Part shown: positions 1 to 14,229 of the stretch, in pieces | How the letters are laid out: each line of letters begins with the position of its first letter | Position numbering within the stretch: the stretch's first letter is position 1 | DNA from: Geosiphon pyriformis uo1 | Taxonomy: Eukaryota > Fungi > Glomeromycota | Length of the DNA: 64,000 nt | Direction: 5' to 3' | Assembly (NCBI GenBank): GCA_016748015.1 | Contig: JAAOMT010000678.1 | Span: 352,389 to 416,388 of the forward strand | Position numbers and translations under genes: made by a program | Notes under the pieces: model-generated | The model's database searches: none | What the model saw: only the letters and a program-made list of their open reading frames with translations | What the model was told of the DNA's origin: nothing

Positions 1-1895
1 GTTGTTGGAGTTTAAATTGGGATTAAAATTTGATTCCAATTCTGATGCACAGCTGCTAATTGGTTCTTCTTCCTCTGAGATTGTGTAGATTATGTGGATT
101 GGTGGATTGTAAATAAGGTCACACTTATTACAGTATTGAAAGTTACAGAAAATTAAGCAATATTGACATAATCAAGTATTTAACTGCTCTAAACACTGCT
201 CTTATTTTTTCTTAGTGGGTGCTAATCATTGGTAATGTTTGTGGAATTTTTCCAGATTGTCTTTAATGTTACTAAAGATGTCGAAGATGAAGACATATTC
301 AGGTTTGGGCAGTAAGAGTGAGTTATTTTTAATTTCTAATAACTTACTGGTAGTGGTGCTTTCTGCTTTCGCACTTGCCATTCTCTAGATTTCATGTTTG
401 TCATGAGGATATCCTTCCAACTGTCACAACACTTTTTTTCAGATGTTGTCAATTGAAGTTCTTTTGCATACTCAGTTTTTTATCAGGATGGTATACTGGC
501 ATGTCTTGTCACATGTTTCTCCTTGTCCAGAAATGTCATTTCACATTTCTTCATTGGAGAAAATAGTTCCACATGCGAAACAAAGTTTGTTATCCTATTT
601 TCCTTATCTTTTTGGGCATCTAAACTGTTCTATGATATATAGGCGACAATAAAACTTTGTTGTTGTGGAGTATTCCTCGTCATCGCCACAGCATGTGCCC
701 ATTGATGACAATTTCTTGCTGCAATCTATGCATACTAATTTTGGTTAGCAATAGTTAAATGGCAGTGGTAAAAAGTAAGCATATAGACTATAAGTGGTGG
801 TTGGTATTGAACCTTCTTCCTCTTTTTTCCCTTTTCCCTTATTGTTATCTTCTTTCTACTCCCAAGTTGTTAGTTTGTTCTAATCATTGTCAGTTACTCA
901 GGCTTGGTCAGCATTCCAGGTAGGTTCTTCCTTTCATTTTTTTTTTTTTTGTCATCCCAAGAGAGTATTAATAGTAGCTCATTGTAATCTTTGTCAGCCC
1001 AGAACACTTGATAGGCTTTCTAAATAGGTTTCTCCTTTTTTTCCTCAAATTCAATCAATAGTGCTGGCAGAGTGGTAGTCTTGAAGTGGCCACATATGGC
1101 TGGTACATGTGTGTATTGATTGTTTTGACTAAGCTGAAGCTTTTGGGTGTTCTAATTAAGCATTGCATTGGTTTTGAACAGCCAGTTGTTGCCAATGAGT
1201 GCTTGGTACTGAGTGGCTTCCATGACTAATACCTTGATCAGTACAATAATACCATTGACTTCAATGGGTAGGGCATTTATTTCACCAATTGAAGTCTTAG
1301 TGGTTCTATCAGCAGTAATTATCCTTGCACTAGCAGCTTGATCAACTCAGCAATCTAATTAGTCTATGAGCTGTCTTGTGATGATGCTGCCAATTGATCC
1401 ACTATTTAGGATCAGTTTGATAGCATGGCCATCTACTTTAGTGTCAGTGTACATGGCAGTGATTGGTTTTTTCTCAAATACAGCTCTATTGAACAAAGAA
1501 GTTGCTGACAATTCTTTAATTTTGAAGGGAAATATAGCTGCAAGTGACTTGTCTTCTGTGATGGTGGCTGGTAATATGTTGCTGATAAGTAATTTCTGGT
1601 TTGTCTCTAAGTTGTTGGATGAGGCATCTTCTGGGGTAACCAGAAGACTTAAATAGTTCTGAGAACTCGGGTTTTGGGTATAACCAGTTCTTGAACTCTG
1701 CTGGCATGATTTTGATGGCTGGTTGGCTGAACTGAAAATTGGTTGGTAAACAACTATTGCCAATCTCCAGTTTTGGGTGACTCTTGACCTGAGATTTCCT
1801 GATGTCATCTGAATTAAGTTTAATAACAGAATTGGAATTGGTGATTGTTGATATATTACTTGTGACTATGGTTGATAAATAACTGGTACTGCCAG

Positions 1896-2763
1896 TGTTA
1901 CAGTTTAAGAATTTAGCAAAAAGAATCATAAAAATAATACAAACTATTCAATCATAATATAGTACAGTAATAATCTTAGAAAGGTAATGATTAACATAGT
2001 AGCAAACACCATCTCGCAATAGTGGCAAGCACCAGTTCACAATAGCAGTCAACACCAACTGGTAATAGCAGCAAACACCAGGTTGAAATATCAAAAAAAA
2101 AGTATTTTCTTGTAGAACTACAAACATGTATATATACAGTAGTTTTAATATTGGGAAATAATCAATCAAGTAATAAAAATCATAACTTATCAAGCAACAG
2201 ATCCAATTTTATCCAACAAACTCCACTTTAAATCATACTTTCAAATTAAATATCCCAAGAAACCTTTAAAAATCAAAAAAAAATGAAAAAAAATATTTAA
2301 AACGGAACTATCACAACCCAAAGTATTAAGAAACTTACTTGTATTATTTATTGAATGAAACTATCATTCATCAACTGAATCCCTTGAAAGAATAAATCTT
2401 GATCAAGATTATTCACATTGTTACTAATTGATAAAAGCTTTATTGTGAGAATTAGAAAAGCGCTAAAAGACCATTAACATTCTGTGTTTCTAGATTAGAG
2501 AAACACATCAGGCAATTGCAAGGATAGCCTCAGAGAAGACCCCAGACAGTGGGTAGATTTCAGTTCAGCCTCTGAGAAGGAGTACATAAACACACACAAC
2601 AATCAAGAATTAAAGAATAACTTACATCACAACAGTAAAAAGAAAGCCTTCAGTGTAACAGTAATATTATCACACAAATAGAATTGAGGAACTCACGAAA
2701 GACTGATTGCAATTAAAGCAGGATATCAGCAATTAAATATAACAAGAAAACCATCCCGTAACA
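1896..2763 (+). mobile_element. Solo LTR, family C (868 bp), inserted in A1 gag
   Basis: TGTTAC...GTAACA termini and a perfect CCAG TSD (1892-1895 / 2764-2767). A1 gag resumes on both sides. Orientation is inferred from tandem repeats followed by TGTATATATACAG near 2127. Confidence 0.88.
1997..2088 (+). repeat. Four ~23-bp tandem repeats (ATAGYRGCAAACACCA-like core) in U3 of LTR-C
   Basis: Units: atagtagcaaacacca, atagtggcaagcacca, atagcagtcaacacca, atagcagcaaacacca. They lie upstream of a TATA-like box. Confidence 0.8.
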
Positions 2764-4721
2764 CCAGTTAATAGAGTAGAACTTGATATACTTGTGGTTG
2801 ATAAATTGGTGGCTGCATTACTGGTAGGTAATTTGATTGATATATTTCTGGATTGGATTGATATCTTGGAGTTTGAAATCAGTAATTGGGGTTTTGGTAT
2901 TGATTTCCTGATCATTGGTTTTCTATTCTTAACCTACAATCAATTCTTAAATGCTCTTGTTTACCACAGTAGTGGCAAACACATGTCTTCTGCTACCACT
3001 GTTAATTGGTCGAAAATAATAAACACAACTGATTTTGGAAACAATTCGCATTTTCTGAATTATTGTGTCATTGTGATGGTTGATAAATTGCATGATTATC
3101 AGCTAAGTATCTCTCCAATTTCTGATTGATAGAATTACTAAATTGTTTCAATTTGGAATCCAATTCAGATGATCTATTCATTATTAGATTAATGGCTTGG
3201 TAGTTGGCTTCAAGTTCAGCTGCTTCAAAATCTCTGGCATTTGTAATTGTGGCTTGAAGGTCTGCTGGATGCATTGAGCATACTTGCTGGAAGATGCTAC
3301 TGCATAGAGCTTTAATGAATTGATTTAGAATTTGTAACACTGTAAAATAATCAGTTTGAATTGCCCAAATTTGGTGCAGATTCCTATGGAAGCATCCTAA
3401 GTAAGTGGTGACTGCTTCATTTTCTCTTTGCTTGATAGTGGTGAAGATGTTTACTAGACAATTAATACTATTATTATTGCTGAAGTATTGTAAAAATGCA
3501 AGCTTGAATGCATTAAAATCCTGGAATTTGTTGGCTAGACTCTAATACCATGAGTTGGTAGTATTCTAGAGAAAATAGGGAATGGCTTGCATGGCTCTGG
3601 CATCATCTCATCCATTGGCTGTGATGGCTTTTTTCACATTGTTTAGTTACACTTGGGCATCATCCTTTTCGCCAGTGAATTTTTCAAGTTTGGTAATAAG
3701 AACATATGCCATTGGTGCTATGATTTGCTGTTGTGATGGTTGTTGAAGTTGTTGTTGCAGCTGTTGAAGCAGCTATTGTGGTTGTTGAGATGGTTGAAAT
3801 AATTGCTGTTGAATCAGTTCAATAATTGGTTCAATTGGTAGTTGATTGATGATAATTACTGAAGGTAAGTTTTGTTGATTAATTGTTTTGGGGTTTGAAT
3901 TGTTTTGAGTTTGCTGGGTTTAAATGTTTGGAGTTTCAACTTCCGAATTTTCTAAGATCAGGTTCTGATAAGTTAAATTTTTGATCTTCAGCTTTTTTTT
4001 TTTTTCTAATTCTGTTATTTCCCAGGGACTCACGTTTCTGAAATCTGGTTAAAATGGTGGTGATCAGAATCCTAATGGTGTTGGTGATCATGATTTAAAT
4101 CCTTCAAAATATTCGCCATATGATCCTAGTAACTCTGCTCTTCTTTGTTTACTTTGAAATGGGAATTGTCCAAAGGTTGATATTGTATTTAATGTGGATG
4201 TGTCTACTAATGAGATATTAATGGCACTTCCTAGTGTATAATAATATGATAGATTGGTTGGTGATTTAACTTGGGTTTTCTTCTAAGTAAGTGGTTGTAT
4301 TTGTTTTGGTGTTACTGCTAGTGTTTGCAATCTTTCTTTGTCTTTGTCTGCATAGGTGATGGAGAATTGTTGTTGTGTGTATCTTTCAATGGTTTGATTG
4401 ATTTCCTTGATGATTGGTATGAAACTGTAATTTCTTGGTAAACTAGTATGTTGAAATAATTCTGTATAGAAATTTTTTCTTGTGAATTCAATGTTAACTA
4501 TTCCTCCTAAGCAGTCTGTAATTTTATTATTGACATAGAAATTAAAGACTAATTCTACTGGGAAGTAGTTATTGTTTAATCCTAATTGTTGGCTGTACTG
4601 TTGAAACAAAAATTTGGCGAATCCTAAATGGTTTGTCCCTATAATTTCTGATTTTGCCACTTTTGGATAATTGTTGATGGTGCTAGTTTTTGTAGAATTA
4701 TATCTTACAGAAAGCACCAAA

Positions 4722-5561
4722 TGTTACAGATGATTATTTGGGATCTCAAATCAAATAACAAACTCATAACTTGGTGTTCAATTGATGATGGTATTAGTAA
4801 TCTAGAGATTGTTTGTATTTGAAAGTTTGATTGTGGAGTTCTTTGTATAATGAACAGAGACTTAATAGTTGTTTCAATAGCCTTCCAGAATTGCAATTCC
4901 ATCAAATTTTTTTCTCAGCATGGTGGCCGGTAATCCTTCTGGTAAGCTATCCTTAAATCTATGAGTGTTTTACCCTTGTTTCACAGGTCTTTTACCAGTC
5001 TCTATGACATCTATAACTCAATGCTTTAATTCTTAATTAATTAGTCAACAAAAAAAAATACAAAAGAGATAAAAGAAAATAAAAGAAAATAAACAAAAGC
5101 AATTGCAAGTTAGTATCTTGTCAATAGCCATGATCAAGAGCTATTGTTCTAGTATGGTTAAGTATCAATTACTATCAACACTTCATGTTGATAGTAGAGA
5201 ATGGATTGGAGATAAAGAATAATTATTTATTGATATTTGTGAATAGAAGGTTGTTTAGATCAAATCTAAACTAAGAGATCTGTTTTTTCTACTTCTAACA
5301 ATACTGCTATATATACATAATTGAGATTCCTTGATTTCTCAGTTTTTCACACCAGAAATTCTGAAATTTCTGGAATCCTGCAATTCCTTTTGAGAGAAAT
5401 TCTGGAATTCTGGAATCCTGCAATTTTTTGTATGAAAATTCTGAAATTCCTGGAATTTTGCAATTCCTTTTAAGAGGAATCTTGGAATTCCACATTTACT
5501 ACAGCTATTTCTGATTGGCTACTTTATATGCTAATATACTTCCTATGTTTTATGAGTAACA
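4722..5561 (-). repeat. 5' LTR of A1 (840 bp)
   Basis: TGTTAC/GTAACA ends; PBS at 4703-4719; homologous to the other LTR-A copies. Confidence 0.93.
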
Positions 5562-8500
5562 ACAGTCAAATGGTTGTCTCACTTTGATTGGTCTTAATGG
5601 TTTACTGGGTTTTGTTCCTCCTCTTCTCTGACAAGCATCACAATTTTGAATATATTGGATAATATTTGGATACATTGATGGCCAATAGTATCTTTTTCTG
5701 GTTCTTTCTATTATTGCTTCTTTATGAAAATGTTCTGCTGTTAGATTTAAATGCATGTTGAACAATATTGTCTCTTTCTCTGGTTCTGTGATTACTCTGG
5801 TTGGTTAATCTGGATTCTTTTTGTTTTTCTGGTAAAGTATATTTCGGTGATTAATAAAATATTTTGATTGTTGTTTTATGTTGTTTTGTTCCTTTTGAGA
5901 TAATTTCTCCTTGAATAATTGAGTATTTATATAATATTAGAGTTGTTAGTATTTTTGTATATTCATCTTTTATTATATTTTTGGGTTGAAATGTTTTTAG
6001 ATTTGTCTTATTTGTGACAAACTGTTGGCATTTCTGTTTTTTTTTTTTTTTTGTAATATACTGTATAATTAAATAGTAAAAGTTCTATTTTCTATCTAAC
6101 ATGGCAATTGTCTCCAAATTTTTGCTTCTGGATTGAAGTCAATCTTTTGTGATCAGTGTACACATTAAACTATTAACTCAAGTATTTTTTCCATTTGATG
6201 ACAGCCCAATAGATAGTTAAGTGTTCCAGTGCTGGAGTTCTATAGATTATTTCAGCTGGACTTAAGCTTTTACTGGCATAAACTACTGGATGTTCTTGTC
6301 TATTTAGTCCTTTCTGAGATAATACTGCTCCCAATGCTTGACCAGATGCATTGGTTGTAATTATAAATGGTTTGCTATGATCTGAATAGATCAGTACTGG
6401 GGCTTGAATAAGTTTTTTTCTTAATGTGTCAAAAGCTTCTTGTTAAGTTTTTGTCCATTCATATTTGGTGTTTTTTATTTGGAGTTAGTATAGTGATTGA
6501 GCTATTTTGGAAAAGTTTTTGATAAAGTAGCAGTAGTATTCAGCAAATCCAAAGAATACTCTTAATTCTGTGAAATTATTTGGTACTAGAAAGTTTTTAA
6601 CAATCTTAATTTTATCTGGATCTGTTTTAATACTGTCTTTGCTTATAACATGTCCCAAAAACTTGAGTTCAGTTTTGCCAAAAAAACATTTGTTTGCATT
6701 TAATTTCAATCTTGCTTATCTGAGTCTTTCAAATACTTGTTGGAGATAATGCAAATAATCATTAAATGTTTTTGAGAACACATTGGTGTCATTTAAGTAT
6801 ACAATTACTGATTTCCATAATAGTCTTGTATAAACAATTTCTATAAGTTGCTGGAAAGTGGCTGGAGCATTCATTAAGCCAAATAGCATAACTTCGAATT
6901 CAAAGTTCCTTTTTTGTGTTATAAAAGCCGTTTTTTCTTTGTTTTCTGGTTTCATGGCTATCTGCCAGTAACTACTGTTTAAGTCTAATATTGAGAACCA
7001 TTTTTTTCCTCTAAAAGCATCGAAAAGCTCTTGAATTTTTGGAGTTGGGTAGCTATTTCTTTTTGTTACTCTATTCAGTTTCCAGTAATCTACACAAAAG
7101 CAGATTTTTCTATTCTTCTTATAGACTAATACTACTGGTAATGACCATGGGCTCATTGATAGCTAAATTAGCCTGTTGTTAAGCATCCAATTAATTTTTT
7201 AATGAATAATCTTGTGGCTGGCTGGTGGTACTCTGTATGCTTTTTGTTTAATTGGCATCACATTTTTAGTCTTAATCTGATGCTGGAAGATATCAGTTCT
7301 GCCAAATTTGTTTTCACTGGCAAAGATGTTATTAAAGTTGTTGAGTAACATTTTGAGTTGCATATATTATAGTGGGTCTAAATTTTCCAAGTTTATTTGT
7401 TCCAATTGTTTTGGTTGGAGTAGATAACATTCTTCTCATCCATATATTGTTTGAGATGTAATATTGACATATCTACACAGTTGTAGAAAGTCTGAAATAA
7501 GGTTTGGCAGTTGGTCTTTAATTTTGGTGGTTAGATATCCAATGTTGGTTCCTTCTAGTATCTCGATGATATCTTTCATGTTGTTGTAAATAGAAATTTT
7601 AATGTGACTGTGGTTTTTGGCTGGTATATGTAGATTAACTAATCCAATTTTTTCTGATTTACAAATTGTTGCTTCTGTCTCAAAAATCTGAATCTGATCT
7701 TTCACTTTTCTCTTTATGACTACTATGTACTAATTGTATGGTGAAATAAAAATTGATTGATGAGTGGAGATAATTTCTCTCTTGTCAATAACCTCTTCTT
7801 TTGCCATATTGACTGGTATCTCTATTCTACCTGTTGATCTAAATCTTTGTATTCTTCTAGCTGTAATTCCTGATTCTTTTCTGTTTCCTATTAATACTAA
7901 TTAAACTACTTTAATTAGAGGCAGGAATATTGCCTGTGCTATTTTTTTATTTGGCTCTATGATATAGGCCTTTTTTGAGTCATTTTGCAACATAGCAATG
8001 ATATTTCTCACATATTTTGTGTCAATTATTCCTCCTCTGATGTTGATTCCTTTTTTTACTAAATTACTCTTGAATGCTAATTGAACCATTGTTGTTGCTA
8101 GAATTTCCAGTGCTATTTTAAGATTAATGCAGGTACATAAGTGTGGTTCCAATTTGATGGCATCTTTTTCCAGATATCTTAGATCAAATCTTGCATCAAT
8201 ATTATGCACACATTCTGGCATAATGTCTTCATTGTTATTGCTAAACCATTTAAGTTCTTGCTTCTTGATAAGATCAGAAAGCACGATGTATTGTTTGGAA
8301 TTTGAATTGGAGTTTAAATTATCATAATTTTTGTTGCCATTTTAAACAAAGCTGGAACTGTTATTTTTGTTATCATCATTGTCAGAGTTTGAATTGGGAT
8401 TGAAAGTTGATCTCAATTTTGATGTGCAGCTGTTGATTGGTTTTTTCTCTTCCAGGATTGTGTAGATCATGTGTAGTGGTGGATTGTAAATAAGGTTACA

Positions 8501-11500
8501 CTCATTACAATATTAAAAGTCACATGGAATTAAACAGTAGTTACATAGTCTTGTGTTTATTTCTTCCAAATATTGTTCTTGCTTTTCTTTTGTTGGTGCC
8601 AAGTTCTGATAGTGCTCATGAAACTCTTCTGGACCTGTTTCTATGTTGAGAAAAGCATCTGGATTTGAGATGAGGACAACATTGACTGGTTCTGGAGGGT
8701 TATTTTTGATTTCTAATATTTTACTGGATGTGGTTCTTTTGACTTTGGTATTCACCATCTGCCAGATCTCATTCTTGTTATGTAGATAACCATCCAAATG
8801 GGTTATTGCTTGGTGCCAAGCTGTAATAATAAGAGTGCCATGACTGATCCAGTCACTTATAAGGATTGTGTATTGGCATGAAGTGCCACATATTCCTTCT
8901 TGACCAGGAATGTTGTTTCACATTCCTTTATCAAGCAACTGTTCTCCATAAGTGAGACATGGTTCATTGTCCCACTTGTCTTGTCATTTCAGATAGCCAT
9001 ACTATTCTTGGTAGTATGACTTGTAATAATAATAGGTTTTTGTCCAGTAATCTTTGTCTGGCACAACCCAAGCTCCCATGGAAGACAATTTTTTCTTGTA
9101 GTCTTTACATCTGAGTAAAATATAAGGTGGTTCTGGCCTGGTATTAGTGGAATATAAACTTCTCCAATTACTAGTTTCTGTATTGTCCATGTTCTCTTCT
9201 GGTATGTCTTCTTCCTTTTCTTTCCTTTTTTTTTTGTCTTTTTCTTTCTAGTCTAGAATTGGTGATAGCTCATTGTAGTTGTTATCAGCCCAAAAGATTT
9301 GGTATGCTTCCCAGATAGGTTTTTTTTCTTCATTGTCAAACTCAATGAGAGATACTGCTGGCATGGTGATGAATTTGAAGTGACCACATGTGGCAGGTAT
9401 CTGTGTGTGTTAACTGTTCTGGCTAAGCTGTAGTTCCTGCATGTTCCAATTGAGCACAGAATTTGTTTTGACTAGCCAGTTATTACCAACTAATACTCAG
9501 TACTGCATAGCTTTTATTACCAAAACTTTGATTGGAGTAATAATACTGTTTACTTTAAAGGGAAAATTATTGATCTCACTGATAAGAGTTTTGGTTACTT
9601 CATCAGCCGTTATTATCCTGGCACTAGTAGTGCAATTAACTCGATGATCTAATTGGTTTATGAATTGTTGTGTAATGATGCTGCCTGCTGATCCACTATC
9701 CAAGATCAATTTAATGGCCTGTCCATTAACTTTGATGTCAGTGCATATTGCTGTAATAGTTTTTTTCTCTATTGCAGCTCTACTGAACAAAGGGATTTCT
9801 GACAGTTCTTCAATTTTGAAGAAATATAGCTGCAAGTAACTCATCTTCCATGATAGTGGCTGGTGGGATATTGTTGGTGGTAAGTAGTTGTATTTGATTA
9901 GTTTCCACATTATTGGATGAGGTGTTTTTTGAGATAACCAAGAGACTTAAATAGTGTTGGGTATTCAGGTTTTGGGTGTATCTGGTGTCCGAATTTTATT
10001 GTCAAGATTCTGATGGCTGAATTGAGGAACTGGGGATTGGTTGATGGGCTACCATCAATGATCTCTAGCTTTGTTGTGTTAGTCTCAGTCTTTGAGTTTT
10101 GTTTTAAGGTAAGTTGTGTGGTGGTGTTTGAATTTGTTGGGGTTGATAAATTACTTGAGACTGTGACTGATAGATAGGCTAGAATTGCAATTGATACATG
10201 ATGGGTTTTGTTAACTAATAAATTGGAGCTTAATATATGGGTGGTTGATAAATTAGTTGTTGTGTCATTTGAATGTAATGAGGTAAGTGTTGATCCTAAT
10301 TTGGGTATTGATTCGGAGCTTAAAATTTGCAATCGGGGTGTCAATATTAGTTTCCTGATTGTTGGTTATCTAGTTTTAACCTACAGTCAATTCTCAAATG
10401 TCTTTGTTTACCACAATAGTAGCAAACATATGTCTTCTGCTGTCATAGCTGATTGGATGATGGTTGAGGATGTAACTGGTTTTGGGAGTAATTCATGTTT
10501 CCCTGATTATTGTGTCATTGTGAAGATTAATAAACTGCTTGATTGTTAGCTAAGTATCCCTCTAATTTTTTGTCAATGGAATTACTGAATTGTTTCAGCT
10601 TAGAATCCAATTCAGATAATCTATTCATTACTAAATTGACAGCTTGAGTGTAATTAGCTTCAAGTTTGGTGGATTTGAAATTCTGTATATTGGTAACTGT
10701 ATCTTGGAGAGTTTATAAGTGCATTGGGCATATGTATTGGAGAATACTACTGTACAGTCTACAGATAAACTGGTTTAGAATCTGTAGTACTGTAAAATAG
10801 TCAGCTTGGATTGCTTAAATTTGGTGCAAGTTCCTGTGAAAATGTCCCAAGTAAGTGGTAATGGCTTCAGTTTCTTCCTGTTTGATTGTGGTGAAGGTAT
10901 TGGCTAGGCAATTAATACTGTTATTATTACTAAAGTATCTTAAGAAGGCAATTTTAAATTCCTGAAATATTTAAGATTTAGCAGCTAAACTTTGATACCA
11001 TGAGTTAGTGGTATCTTGTAAGAAATAGAGGATGGCTTGGAGTGCCCTGACATTATTCCATCCATTGGCTGTAATGGCTTTTTATACATCATTTAGCCAC
11101 ACTTGTGTGTCATCCTCTTTGCCTGTGAATTTCTCAAGTTTGGCTATTGGAACATAGGCCATTGGATTCACATTTGGTTGTTGTGATAGTTAAAGAGATA
11201 GTGGTTGAGGTGATATTGGTGGCTGTTAAAGTTGTTTAACAATTAGATCAATTGGTTGCTGATTGATGACAATTTCTGGAAATAAGTTTTCCTGATTAAT
11301 TAACTTGGAGTTTGGATTATTTGGAGTTTGCTGGGTTTGAATATTTAAGATTTCAACTTCCAGATTTTCTGCAATCAGATTTTGATAATTAAATTTTTGA
11401 TCCTCTTTTTTCTCTTCTTCTGATGTCATTATCCCTCAAGGACTTGTGTTTCCGAAATCTGGTTGAAATGGTGGTAATTGAAATTCTGATGGCATTGGCA

Positions 11501-12983
11501 ATTGGGATTTAAATTTTTCAAAATAATTACCATAAGTTCTTAGTAATTCTGCTTTTTTTTGTTTACTTTGAAATGGAAGTTGTCCAAATTTTAATGTTAC
11601 ATTTGATGTGAATGCACTTGTTAATGTGATATTGATGGTACTTCTGGGTATATAATGATATAATGGATATAGTGGGAATTTGATTCTTTGTTTCTTCTAC
11701 ATTGATAATTGTACTCCTCTTGATGTTACTGCTGGTGTTTGTAATTTTTCTTTACCCTTATCTGTGTAGGTAATGGGGAATTGTTGTTGAATGTATCTTT
11801 CAATTTCTTGATTAATTTCTCTGATAATTGGTGCAAAACTGTAATTTTGTAGTAAGCTGGTGTGTTGGATTAATTCTGTATAAAAATTTTCTCTTACTGA
11901 TTCAATGTCAACTGGTCTTCTTAGAAAATCCGTGATTTTCTCATTGACATAAAAGTTAAAGACTGATTCTGCTGGATAATGATTGTTGGTTAAGTCTAAT
12001 TGTTGACTGTACTGTTTAAATAAAGATTTAGTGAATCCTAAATGGTTTGTCCTTATTATTTCTGATTCTGCCACTTTTGGATGGTTGTTGTTGGTACTAG
12101 TTCTCTGTAGAATTATACCTTATAGAGAACATCAAATGTTACAAGTGATTATTTGGGATCTCAAAGCAAATAACAAACCCATAACTTGGTGCTCAATTGA
12201 TATAATTATTTTGGTTTCCAAAGGTTTCTGTAGTCTGAAAGTTTTGGTTAAGTTCTTTGTATAATGAACAAAAATTCAATAGTTGTTTCAGTAGCCTTTC
12301 AGAATTGCAATTCCATCAAATTTCTTTCTCAGTATGGTAACTAGTAATTCTCTTGGTAAGCTATTCTCAAATCTATGAGTGTTCTACCCTTGTTTCATGG
12401 GTTTTTTACCAGTCCCTATAACGTTTGTATTTCAGCACTTAATCTTTTAATCAATTAGTAAATAACAACAACAGAAAAAAAATAAAAATAAAAGAAATAA
12501 GAAATAAGAAATAAGCCAAGGCAATAATAATTAGTATCCTACCAATAGCCATAATTAAGAGCTATTGTTCTAGTGTAGTTTTTAAGTATTTAAGATTATC
12601 AACATGAAGTGTTAATAGTGGAGAGTGGATTGAAATATTAAATAATTATATATTAATATTTATGAATTGGAAGGTTGCTTAAGTTAAATCTAAACTGAGA
12701 GATCTGTTTTTTTTATTTCTAATGCTATCATTATATATACATAATTGAGATTTCTCAATTCCTTAATTTTTCACCCCAGGAATCCTGAAATTCCTGAAAT
12801 CTTGCAATTCTTTTGAGGGAAATCCTAAAATTCTGGAATCCTACAATTCCTTGTATGAGAATCTTGAAATTCCTGGAATTTTGCAATTCCTCTAAGAAAA
12901 ATTCTGGAATTCCACATTTACTACAGTTACTTTTGATTGACTAATTTATATATTAATATACTTTCTATATTCTATAAGTAATA
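5562..12983 (-). mobile_element. Ty3/Gypsy family A copy A2: 5' LTR through integrase N-terminus, interrupted by A1
   Basis: LTR 12137-12983. Protease LILDSGSAG in 9497-9910, dUTPase 7901-8284, RT 6485-7156, integrase HHCC zinc finger 5550-5765. Inserted inside the 3' LTR of B1. Confidence 0.93.
12137..12983 (-). repeat. 5' LTR of A2 (847 bp)
   Basis: TGTTAC...GTAATA ends with a decayed PBS immediately adjacent. Confidence 0.92.
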
Positions 12984-13441
12984 CTACCCTAATAATTATA
13001 ATAAGAAAATAAAAGAAAATAAAAAAAATGTAAAAGAAATAGAATTTTATTAAGGAAAACGTTTTCTGTTTAGGCCTGGAATCACTAACAGATTACTGAA
13101 ATTGGTAGCTAATCAATTTCAAAATGTTAGTTGTGTTGAGGGAATTTCAAGTGTAATAATTTAAAGAATTTGTTTTTCGAATAATTAATTTTTATTTGAG
13201 ATATATAAAAGGTGATTTGTTCTAATTAAGATATCTAAAGTAAGATACTATGGTAAGATACTATAAGAAGATATTATGAGAAAATACATTTTCTTGGAGA
13301 AAAAAGCTCTTTTTTTATACAACTTGTTGTAGTACTAATCTTTGAATTTGTATTTTTTTCTTTACAATTTGGGTAAACTAATGATACATTTTGGTAAATT
13401 ACAAGTTATTTCACTGAACTATTGATTATTTCGGCGAATTT
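12984..13441 (-). repeat. Partial 3' LTR of B1; U3 start and PPT are missing and U5 is displaced by A2
   Basis: Near-identical to 21620-22091. Homology stops at the TTCGGCGAATT repeat, where ORF3 sequence joins directly. Confidence 0.85.
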
Positions 13442-13449
13442 TCAGTGAT

Positions 13450-14051
13450 TTAGTTTGAAAATTGTTGAAATTTTAGTTCTGTAAGCTTTCTAATGTATTG
13501 AATTTTTATTGGATGAAGTATTGGATTTTGTAGGACGTTTTCACAAGTGTTGAATAAATCATAGAATCTAAATGCTGCTCTAAGTTTGTAGTGAGTGTTT
13601 GTTGGTCTAGCTGCTGTCTTGATTCATTGTGAATTTGTTTTTGTATAGCTTCAGAAGTGCTGTTGGTTGCTTCAAGTTCCAGTTTTCGTTCATAAAGTGT
13701 TTTTTTAATATAAAAATATCTATATATAAGAATATGTTTATTGTTCTGTTCATTGAAGAATAGTAGAAGTTTTTGTTGAATTGTAATATTTGGTAAAATG
13801 TCAATAGGAGCAGATAAAAGATTTTCTTTTAGTACTTGCTTTAAGAGTTTTGGTAATTGATTTCCAGAGTAACTTCTTGTTTTTCTTCTATAAAGATGAT
13901 AATTCTGAGAATTATTTACTACTGGGGCTGTGGTTTCTTTTTGAATATAATTAATTTGACTTCCATTAATTGTTATAGATAAGTCAGAAAGTGTTTTCAA
14001 GGCTAACATTAATTTTTGGGATTTTTGTTGAATATTTCGAGGAATAATCAT
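13450..14051 (-). pseudogene. ORF3 of family B (unknown function, one frameshift)
   Basis: ATG at 14051. LSITINGSQINY, YRYFYIKKTL and, in the shifted frame, AAFRFYDLF..LQNP..IRKLTELKFQQF align with family A ORF3. Confidence 0.75.
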
Positions 14052-14229
14052 AATAACTAATTAATAAGTAATTTGAAAAGAATAAAGAAAATTATTTTTT
14101 TTGGGTATAGAGTTTTTATTTGTTTTTGGGTTTAAATGTTTCTTTGTAATTATTTACTATTTTTATGTTTTTGTATTCTTTAAAAGAGTTATTATGAAAA
14201 ATGTTAAATTAAGTATTCAAGTTTGGTTG

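Larger units (their letters stand above)
1..5561 (-). mobile_element. Ty3/Gypsy family A copy A1: 5' LTR, gag, protease and Cys-rich region; continues left of the window
   Basis: LTR 4722-5561 with adjacent PBS. Gag fragments at 4283-4720 and 3068-3340. Decayed protease motif LILNSGSIGSII in 1359-1808. Colinear with intact copy A5. Inserted into the integrase of A2. Confidence 0.93.

Noticed and set aside
1997-2088. Regularly spaced repeats resembling a mini CRISPR array
   Set aside because: The variable parts are only ~7 nt, the repeats lie inside a TSD-flanked solo LTR, and there are no cas genes.
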